This document shows, piece after piece, positions 46,927-56,500 of a stretch of DNA of 64,000 nt (position 1 is the stretch's first letter; each line of letters opens with the position of its first letter). Under the pieces are notes generated by a model. That model was not told the origin of the DNA. It searched no databases and was given only the letters and a program-made list of their open reading frames with translations. Made by a program: the position numbers and the translations under genes. Origin of the DNA: Planctomycetia bacterium TMED53 (GTDB lineage: Bacteria; Planctomycetota; UBA8108; UBA1146); the NCBI GenBank assembly GCA_002167285.1, contig NHDG01000067.1:22093-86092 (forward strand), given 5' to 3'.

Positions 46927-47841
46927 TCAGGGGCAAATAGGGCAGCTCGGAGAAGGAGTCGTACAATTAAAATCGTCATCCCCTGGGTAGTCTTCTAGAC
47001 CACACTCCGGGAAGGGATAAGGCGGAGCGACTCCGATTCCAAAGACATAATAAAGAGTGAATACAGCATCGGTGATGTTGTACAAGCCATCGTCATCCGC
47101 ATCTGCGGCATCCAAGCAATCAGGCTCTGCACCGATCGTGAAGAGATAATGCAAAGTAAAAATCGGGTCTGCAACATCGACGATGCCATCGCTGTTGCTG
47201 TCTCCCCGGATAAAAAACGCCGTGGCAGGTACGCACACCTGGCCCGGTTCAGTCATATTCGGCGGTACTGACTGGTTGCCGATCACCGCAATATTGGAGA
47301 GGAAGACATTTCCGGTACCGTTGATGTTGTCGCAAAACTCGACGTTATAACACTTAAAACAATTCACCTCTTCGGGAGCAAAAAATTCAAAATAACCCAG
47401 CTCTCGAGGCAAGAAGGTGGGTGGAATCGTTTGCCCAGAGAAGGGCGGGAGAAAGTCGACGAGAATACCGATGATGATTTCCCTGCCGTCCCCATCGTCA
47501 TCAACATTATCAAACTGCTGTTCGATGTACTCAGCACCAACATCTTCAACGACGGTGCCTTCGACGGAAAAAGTCCCTGGCAAAGCAACCAAAGGGGCTT
47601 CAAAGCATGCCGTGATGGTAAAGCCTTGAATATTGCTAGAGGGATCGATGAAGAAGAATGCAAACTCTTCGACTCCCCCGGGCTGAACACGAGTTACCGG
47701 ATCATAAACATCAGTTCCATGTGCACCGCCTAACAGAACCGTGTCACTCGACCCACGCAGCTCACCGGGAGTCAGTGAACCAAAAATCGATATCACGATC
47801 GACAGTATCAACATTCGCAGAATTGTTCTTGGCAAGGGCAT
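46927..47841 (-). CDS. Secreted protein with C-terminal dockerin-like + PPYPFPECG module
   Basis: Signal peptide MPLPRTILRMLILSIVISIFGSL. The C-terminal 95 aa are paralogous to the tails of the two other dockerin-bearing genes. Confidence 0.55.
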   Translation of the reverse strand: MPLPRTILRMLILSIVISIFGSLTPGELRGSSDTVLLGGAHGTDVYDPVTRVQPGGVEEFAFFFIDPSSNIQGFTITACFEAPLVALPGTFSVEGTVVEDVGAEYIEQQFDNVDDDGDGREIIIGILVDFLPPFSGQTIPPTFLPRELGYFEFFAPEEVNCFKCYNVEFCDNINGTGNVFLSNIAVIGNQSVPPNMTEPGQVCVPATAFFIRGDSNSDGIVDVADPIFTLHYLFTIGAEPDCLDAADADDDGLYNITDAVFTLYYVFGIGVAPPYPFPECGLEDYPGDDDFNCTTPSPSCPICP

Positions 47842-48027
47842 AGAGAACTCTTCCGATTCTTGAATATCTGTTGCTCTTATAGAACTCGAATATCAGAAAG
47901 TACAATATGGTCGCAGATAATCTAGAGACCAACATGAAGTAAACTGCCATTCATGTACATCCGCAATAACTAATAACGAAATTATATCCTTACAAACCTG
48001 CATTAACGACGAAGTCATCATTTCTCT

Positions 48028-49161
48028 TCATTTTCTGCAGTAACAACCCTCCAGAGGCTGAAGTTTGATTCGCCTCTGATCACTGCTCAGAGTATCTATC
48101 GTCAACAATTCCCCATGTAGAGGAGCTCCTATCCCGGTCAAGATCTTCAAAACTTCCAATGATTGGTACAAACCGACCAAACCGGGCAGAACTCCCAAAA
48201 CTCCCACCTCTGCACAACTCCCACAATCCTCGTTACTTGGCGGAATCGGGTGCAAACAACGTAGACAAGGGGCGTCATTCGCTGGATCAAAGACGGTCAC
48301 GAGGCCCTCAAATTTGTGCACTGCACCGTGAACAACCGGGATCCCCAGTTTTGTCGCGGCATCGCTGACGGTGAAACGGGTTTCAAAGTTATCGCAGGTA
48401 TCCACGACGACGTTCATTCCGGAGATTAGCTCAGTCGCATTTTTCTCATCTAACCTCTCACCATGTTCGATCACTTTGACGTCAGGATTCATCTCTCTCA
48501 ATGTCGAAGCGGCCAGTGAGACTTTTGACGAACCGATATCAGCGGTTTTGAACAAAACTTGCCGCGGCAGATTTGATAAACTGACGGAATCATCATCAAC
48601 GATGGTCAACTCCCCCACACCTGCTGCCGCCAAGTACGTTGCCACAGGACAGCCGAGCCCACCAACGCCGACGATGAGAACCCGTGACTGCAGGAGTTTT
48701 TGCTGGCCCACTAAGCCCAATTCCGGCAACCGTAGCTGGCTCAGATATCTCTCATTACGAGTCGCATCCCAATCTTCAGCTCGATTCTCCGTCTCCGAAG
48801 AACTCTCCAGTGAGAGACTTGCCTCTAACCAATCGGCAAATCCGCCGGACATCGAAGTGATCTTTTCCCAACCCTGACTCCGCAGATACCGGGTTGCCTG
48901 AAGAGATCGGATCCCATGCTGGCAATAAACGACTGTAAGACGCTCAGGGTCGATCTCTTCTTGAGCTGATCCAGGAATCGAAGCGAGGGGAATATGGATG
49001 GCTCCTGGTAAGATCCCTTCCACCAATTCGTACTCTTCTCGGACATCTACCAGCTGAATCGGTTCCCCAGCAGCAAGCCAATCGCTGACCTGGTGAATCG
49101 AGCACTCCTCCGATGGAGCTCCTGATTCCGTAGAATTTCTGTGGTCTCTTGGACTCATCAA
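48028..49161 (-). CDS. Rhodanese - ThiF/MoeB (E1-like) adenylyltransferase/sulfurtransferase fusion, rhodanese N-terminal
   Basis: The N-terminal rhodanese has active-site Cys in VVYCQHGIRS. The C-terminal ThiF/MoeB domain has GVGGLGCPVATYLAAAGVG (nucleotide-binding) and CxxC ... CxxC zinc motif (CLRCLH ... CGSCAE). Confidence 0.78.
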   Translation of the reverse strand: MMSPRDHRNSTESGAPSEECSIHQVSDWLAAGEPIQLVDVREEYELVEGILPGAIHIPLASIPGSAQEEIDPERLTVVYCQHGIRSLQATRYLRSQGWEKITSMSGGFADWLEASLSLESSSETENRAEDWDATRNERYLSQLRLPELGLVGQQKLLQSRVLIVGVGGLGCPVATYLAAAGVGELTIVDDDSVSLSNLPRQVLFKTADIGSSKVSLAASTLREMNPDVKVIEHGERLDEKNATELISGMNVVVDTCDNFETRFTVSDAATKLGIPVVHGAVHKFEGLVTVFDPANDAPCLRCLHPIPPSNEDCGSCAEVGVLGVLPGLVGLYQSLEVLKILTGIGAPLHGELLTIDTLSSDQRRIKLQPLEGCYCRK

Positions 49162-49290
49162 TTCTCGCCTGATCCTTCATCTAGCGGCATTGGACATGAC
49201 ACACCTGCTGCTTTGTTCTAGACTGAGTTTCACCGGTCTGGCACGGGCTAACAAGGCCTCGATCCGCTGGGTTTCCAGCTGCCGGGATGA

Positions 49291-50259
49291 GTGGCTCACA
49301 CTTTGAACCCTCTAGACCTACATGTTGTAAGGAAGGGAATCACACTCCCCATGGTCATGGACCAGCAGTATCTCAGAAATTTCACTGATACCTTTCTACA
49401 ACGAGCACTCGAAAAGGGCGTGATCGACCAAAACCAACACGCCTTCCTCGAAAACAGCCTGAGTCGCTTCCCCGATCCCTCTGATTCAGGCCTCGATTCA
49501 GATTCTTCAGAGCAATTTATTCACACCACTTTGCAGCTGATCGAAGTTTGTCTCGCCGATAAAGAGCGCCCCCGATCTGGATTTGTGAATCCCATCATTC
49601 AGAAAGAACTGGATCGCTGGTGCCAAGAAAAATGTGGAGAAAATTGGACCCTGATTCCCGTCAGTGAGAGTGGTCGCAGTGGACAAGATCGACAATTCAC
49701 ATTTGGGCAAGTCAAACAAAACCCTGACGATCCGGATGACCCTTCCTTTTTTGCGGGAGTATGGAAAGCAAATTGTGACGACAAACCGCGTCGCGTTGCC
49801 TTTGCCATATTCGCCGATGTCATCCCAGGAAGTGAAGGATGGAAATTGATCGATGATCCCAAGATTTCCAGCGCAGAGTTGGAGTCACGGGTACGCAGCA
49901 GGGGCCCCCACCCTTGGCAACTTCAGGTGGCACCGGCTTCACCACTCGGTACCTGGATCGCTGAATTATCAGGTACGACCAACATTGGCCAACATGCGGG
50001 GCATATTCATCTCGGAGTTCTGGGTGAAGCGGTACGCAGGGCTTTAGAACCTCGTGGAATCAGCCACCTTCTTTTGGGACCAAGCCGCCGCGACCCGCCG
50101 ACGGAACCTTGGCACACTGGATCATTTTTGAATCGCATCGGTGACAGCTTTGACTTCGAGTGGCGAGGACACGGCATCGAAAAACGCAGAGATTCGATCG
50201 TCGAAGCACGTTGCGTCATCGGTGTTCGAGGAAAAATTTTGCAGATCCTCGATTCCTAA
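49291..50259 (+). CDS. Hypothetical protein, divergent from the rhodanese-ThiF gene
   Basis: 322-aa ORF with no recognisable motif. Confidence 0.4.
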   Translation: MAHTLNPLDLHVVRKGITLPMVMDQQYLRNFTDTFLQRALEKGVIDQNQHAFLENSLSRFPDPSDSGLDSDSSEQFIHTTLQLIEVCLADKERPRSGFVNPIIQKELDRWCQEKCGENWTLIPVSESGRSGQDRQFTFGQVKQNPDDPDDPSFFAGVWKANCDDKPRRVAFAIFADVIPGSEGWKLIDDPKISSAELESRVRSRGPHPWQLQVAPASPLGTWIAELSGTTNIGQHAGHIHLGVLGEAVRRALEPRGISHLLLGPSRRDPPTEPWHTGSFLNRIGDSFDFEWRGHGIEKRRDSIVEARCVIGVRGKILQILDS

Positions 50260-50435
50260 AGGAACACCTTTTGCTGCTTTTTCGTTTGATGCCAAGGCCT
50301 ACGAAGCCAGCGGTTGATCGCAACCATTTGCCGATTTATCGCGAGCTTCGCCCCATTTGGGGCTGTCGATCCCCTGAATGAGGTCGTGTGAACATCAGCA
50401 GCTTTGTTTATGATGAGGCCCCGGCATGAGTTTCA

Positions 50436-50495
50436 GTAATTGCCACACCCGTAATTGCCGCACCCGTAATTGCCGCACCCGTAATTGCCGCACCC
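50436..50495. repeat. Four tandem copies of a 15-bp direct repeat (gtaattgccgcaccc; first copy has one mismatch) upstream of the giant gene
   Basis: Read directly: gtaattgccacaccc gtaattgccgcaccc gtaattgccgcaccc gtaattgccgcaccc, ending 75 bp before the ATG at 50571. Confidence 0.75.
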
Positions 50496-50570
50496 AATGA
50501 GAGACCCGTGCAAATCGAAAGAGTCGAAAACAGATTCTTTCAATGAACCCCGCAGGTTTCAGGAGGAATC

Positions 50571-53500
50571 ATGAGAGCCCTTCTCCATTTCCCACAGTTC
50601 TTTCTTAGTCAGACCAGCGTCAGTCCTTCTACAAAGACTGATTCTAAAGCGATCTCGACTTTGATTTTCCTAACCCTCTTCCTCACGCTAACTCCTAGCA
50701 TCTTGCCGGCACAGGATGAAGTTCCACTGCAACCTGTGGTTGGATCGCCAATTCCCACTGATTTACGAAAGACATTTCTCTCCAGCGATTTAGAGAAGGG
50801 ATTGGCAATTCTCGATCAACTGGAGAAAGACACTCCTGATCGCCTCCAAGATTGGCTCTTTTATCGGGCAGCGCTCTTAGAGCAATCTGATCAATCAGAT
50901 TCGGCCTTGGAAATTCTCACTCGACTGGAATCGAAATTCCCATCGGGTGCATGGTTTCATCGGGCTCGATTCATGAAGGCTCGGCTCCTCGTAGAAATTG
51001 GTAGATTCGGAGAAGCTCAGAGAATCATCGAACAAGAGACATTACGTCTCCACTCTGAAGAGCGTCGCCAGAGGTTGGCACAGCTGCTGATCGATGAGGG
51101 GAATCTCTTATCTGAGCAAAGAGATCCCGGTGTGGTCGAGGATAAATCTCGAGACCTTCGAAAAGCGTACGCGATTTATCAACAAGTGGCAGAGCTGAAT
51201 CCTCCCTCTCCCTTATTGGAGCAAGCCTTATTTGCACTGGTGCGCTGCTCCGCAGAACTGAACAGCTCACAAGTGATCGCGGATGCAGATCGATATATCG
51301 CCAATTTTGATTACCGCGATAAGCAAGGGCAAGAAGTCGAAGAAGAAGGATACATTGGAAAAAATTTACTGACCGTGTTACTGACACGCACCAGAGCGAT
51401 GAACCCGGTCAAGAAACGCCGTGCACTGGAAGACCTCATTGCAAGGATCGACGATGAAATCAGCGGTCATCCTTGGAGAGCACGATTCTTTACCGAAGAG
51501 TCGAAGATGTCTGCGGATGAAATCCGCCAAGAGGCTCTTCTTCGTATCGTCCATACCTACAGCGAATTTGCTTCTCGCCTCGCTGCGATGAGACGTTTTC
51601 TTAGTGAAGCGAAGAACCACCCCAAGTACTGGGAAATCCGATTTGATTTGGGAAATTTACAACAACAAAATTCCGACGTGGAGGGCTCCATCCAGCACTG
51701 GCGAGAGCTCTTTGATGAAATCCCCAAAGAGAAATCTGATTCAGATCTCGGTAAACTTCGAGCTGGGACCCTCTTCTCCATAGGGCTGGCCTACTGGAAT
51801 ATCGTGAATCTGGAGGAGGCTCTCTCGACCTTTCGAAGTTATGTCAGCGAGTTTCCTGATGGGGCTGACTGGGCTAAATCACAGGGCTACTGTATCGATA
51901 TCGAAGCCGAAATTTGTGAACGGCTCCTCTATGAAAATAATTTTGCTGATGCCCGTACCGCCATTGCTGAGTTTTCTCTGAAGTACCCCATCCACGCGAA
52001 AACTTTACGACTGCTTTATCTCTCAGCTCGAACCTATGCACAGGAAGCCCGACAGCAACGAGAGGAATCTTCAGATACCAGTCCAGCACCGAGTGAAGAA
52101 GTTTCACGCCTCTTCAATAGGACCCTTTCAGAACTCCGAGCCCTAAACGGCAAATACCCTTCAACGACAGAGGGTCAGAGAGCCCTCTTCGACGTGGGTA
52201 GGATTCTCGAGGAAGATTTGCTCAAGCCCGCTGAAGCGGTAGAGGCTTACCGAGAATGCTTTGGAGGGCCATTTGAAGGACAAGCTCGTTTCAGGTTGTC
52301 TGAGTTAACGCGTGTTCACCTTTCCATCGAAACAGAGCGACTGTATCGATCCACAGACGCGGCCTCCTTTACCCTCGATAGTCGTAATCTCGAAGAGGTC
52401 AAGGTGGATTTGTTTCCCATCGATATCGAAGCTTATTTTCGGAAGTACCAATCTCGCAATCGTGTTGAACAATTAGACTTAGATCTGATCGACCCCTGGA
52501 AGACAATTGAAGTCAAAGTCAAAGATTACGAGCCTTATCGTCCATGCTCACAATTGGTTGAGATCCCTGTGGAAGGCCAGGGAACCTGGGCGGTAGTCGT
52601 CACCGCTGGAGAATTCCGAGCAACGACTCTCGTCGTTCGCACCGATTTGGACATCATCGTTCAAGCAGGACGTGACGATGTTCTGATCTACGCCCAAGAC
52701 ATGGTCAATATGAAACCTGCTGTGGGTACGCGAATATTGATCGCAACTCCCGGCCCTGACAACCAACCTGTGATCCGTGATGTTCGTACCGGTTCCGATG
52801 GAACGATTCTGTTGCAGTATGATGACCTTGACCGAGATGACAGCGTTCGCGTTCTCGCCATGCTCGATGATAATTCTGCCGTCGCCGGACTGGGCTTAGG
52901 AAACACACTGGTCTCCAGAGGACTATCACCTTTAAGTCACATTCTGATGAGTAGTGCCACCTACCAACCCGGTGACAGAGTCCAATGGAGTGCCGTGATT
53001 CGGGATCTCAAAGATCAGAGATGGATCATTCCTGGTGAAGAGGCTGGAAGAGTGCGGATCTTCGATCCGGAAGGTATGGAAATCTTCCGACAGGAATCGG
53101 TTCTCAGCTCTCTGGGAACCCTTCATGGATCATTTGAATTACCCATCGGTTCCCCAATGGGTCTTTGGCAATTGCAAGTCACCTCTCCCCAAGGCTTTAG
53201 TACCTCCCAAAGTTTCAATGTCGAAATTCCTAAACCGTTACCGATACAAATGGAATTTTCTTCTACCAGAAACGTCTACGTCCGTGGAGAACAGATCGAA
53301 CTGAAAGTGACCGCGCAAACTTGGTATGGAAAACCTCTTGCTGGCGCACCGGTCACTATCCAGCTCCCCTATCTCAATGAACTGGTCGAGAAAGAATTGA
53401 TTCTGGACGATCAGGGATCTGCAAAGTTCGACTTTGATTCAAGAACTGCTGAAAGTTCGACTCTTTCATTCAATGCCTACCTCCGTGAAGAGGGAGTTCA

Positions 53501-56500
53501 ACGCTCGCTGACAATTCCATTACGTCAAAAACTTTGGGAAATCGCCCTTGAGATCCCGCGTAAAGGCGGAAGGTTCATGATCGGAGAAAGTGTCCCTATC
53601 ACAGTCAAGGCCACTGACCTTTCCGGCGAAGGCATCAGCCGTGAAGTTTCTCTAAAACTCACAGAAAGGGTTCGTCGATCGAATCGCTGGAATGATCGCA
53701 ACCTCACAGAGCTTGTGGTCAAAACCGATGAATCCGGCGTAGCCGAAATTCGAGTCCCCTTGGAAAAAGCTGGAAATTTGACCTTAAAAGCGGAAGGTGT
53801 CGATCGTTGGGGGCACCCGATTCTCGCTCAAGAATCGATCCGAGTTTACGGCGATTCGGATGCCACTGAGCTCATTTGGCTCGTGGAAGATGCCGCTCTT
53901 GTCACAGGAGAAAAACGTGAACTGAATTTGCACTGCACCGGAGCTGCAGGGCCCGCATTGATGACGATCCTTGGAGATCATTTAGTCAGCCATCGCATCA
54001 TCGATTTACGTAATGGCAAAAACACCATCACCTTTAGCGTAAGTCCTGAAATTAGATCCGCTGCAACTCTTAGAGTGGCAAAAATGGATGAATCTGGACT
54101 CCAAGATGCTGAAACCACATTTAAAATCCGAAGAAAATTGAAGGTCAATATTTCGCCACCGGCTGGTCCCGTAGATCCCGGCAGTGAAGTGACTCTTGAA
54201 GTTGAAACACTGGACCTGCTCGATCAACCCGTATCCGCCGAGATCGCCCTCGCGGTACTCGATGCCTCCATCGATGATCTTTATCCAAATTGGTTCAGAG
54301 AACTGAATATTTCCCAAAGTAATCATGATCCGGCAAGGATTCTCTCCCTCTCCTCCTCCTGTGAATTCCGTTACACCGGTATCACCAAAACCATCGAACA
54401 GAATCTACTCAATGAAATGCGACGTATCGAGCAACAGGAAATGGAAGACTCCGTCTCCCTTGGCCTTGAGGTGATGGCCAATGCTGATTTCGATCCACCC
54501 AGAGAATCGGCTGCGAAGAGGATGTTGCAATCTCGTAGCATGGCGCCAGGTTCAATCGAAAAAGGAAAGGTGCTCGGTGGAGGAGCTGCCGGAGAATTTG
54601 GATATCGATTCGGTAGAGGTCAAGCAGTTGGTGGATTGACTGCTGAGGGCGGAAGCGAAGCAGGGGGAGGTAACGATGAAATCCAAGTTTCCCGCTACCT
54701 CGCTTTTTGGGAAGGAGCTCTCGTCACTGATGAGAACGGTAAAGGCAGTGTGACATTCAGGATTCCTGACCGGAGCTCTACATGGCGAATCAGATCCCGG
54801 GGAGTCGCTTCCGGAGACCTCTTCGGCGAAGAGGACAAAGAGTTTTTATCTCGGGAAGATTTAGTCATCGAATCCTTGATCCCCTTCAGCGCCATTGAAG
54901 GCGACGTGATCACTCCAAGAATTCGCATCTTCAATGATACGCAATTACAAACTCAGGCAAAAATCACACTCTCTTGGCCATCTGGAGATGGTGAAAGTCA
55001 ATCAGATGCCAACATCGCACTGTTACCAGGAATGCAAGAGGTACTTCTCGAGCGTTGGCCGGCCCTTGGAACAGAAGATGAGCGGCCATACCGAATTGAA
55101 GTACAGGTCGGAGATCGGACCTACCTCTATAACGGGAGCGTTAAAATCCAGCGATGGGGACTCGATGTCTACAGCCTTACCGGCTGGAATCTCGAAGATG
55201 AAACTACCAGTGGAAAAATTGGCTTCGCAGACAGAGAGTCACTCCTCGATCGTAAACTGCGCCTCACTCTCGGATCTTCGATCGATGCCGGACTGATCGA
55301 CAGACTTACCTCAAGTCGAGACAGGCGCATGGTGCGATCTCTGGTTGTCGATGACCATTTCACCATCGCCGCAAAGCTACTTGGAATTATCGAAGCTCTT
55401 AATATCTCAACTGCTAGAGGCGCGGAATTGAAAGAGCCGATTGAGCAGGACCTGCGTCAGCAGGCAGAAAACTTGATTCGACGATTGGTCACAGCCCAAA
55501 AAAGCAGAGGGGATTGGCCTTGGTTACCGACAAAGAGTAACACCAGAGATTCCTTCTCAGATTCAGTAACAGCATTTGTTTTCGAATCACTCTCCACAGC
55601 TCGCGCAGCCGGATTTACAGTACCGGATACAGTTTTCAACCGAGCCACTCCATTCTTGGAGAAAAGATTCCGTGATACCGATCAAGGAAAACTGAATCAA
55701 AAAGCCATTCTCCTCGCAGCCTTATCGAGTAATGGTTCTGGTGACTTTGGCGCTGCGAATCGTCTCCACAGAAATCGAAGCAAATTGTCAAATGCTGGAT
55801 TGGCAGCCTTGATCAGAGGTTTGAATCACCTCCAACGAGATACGATGTCGCAAGAGGTCGCCCTCACTCTTCTCGAACGTCAACAAGAAGACGGATCGTG
55901 GTCGAATGAAAAATCTGGCAGTGCAGAAATGTCGCTGTACCGACTTCCCCGCTTTTTGACCGCATTGTGCCTGCACGCACTCACCAAAACCGATCTTGCG
56001 GCAGCTCGCAGTGAATCTGCAGCTCGCTGGTTAAAAAGCAACCTGACATTTTATCTCGATCGCGGTTCTGCGCTCTCAATTGCGGCTTTGTTACGTTGGC
56101 AAGGGACGACAGCCGCGAAGCAACGTGATTGTGAAGTGACGATCAGCATCGCTGGACTTGAAAATGGAGCGCAGCTCGCAAGCCTGAAAGTTGGGGAAGG
56201 TAAACTCCATGACTCTATTGTCCTCGACCTCGCAGCCGGCCAAGCAGAGCTCAACCTAACAACGAAGTTGATCGGTGACAGCGGAGCCTTCTTTACGGCT
56301 GAACTGACCGGGAAATACGTTGGTTATCCCGAGTTCAAAGATCGCGACTTCAGCATCCGCGATGCCAACTTCCTCGCAGCTGCCCCAAGAATGGCAGGAA
56401 GAACTCTGCCAACCGGGTTCAGTATTTTGAAGAAAAATGAAGAGCGGTGGAGAAATATAGTTCAGAACCTCTCTCCAGGAGAGACCGCTCAATTTGAACT

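Noticed and set aside
50436-50495. Possible CRISPR array
   Set aside because: The repeats are directly abutting 15-mers with no spacers, which is far too short for CRISPR. No cas genes are present.
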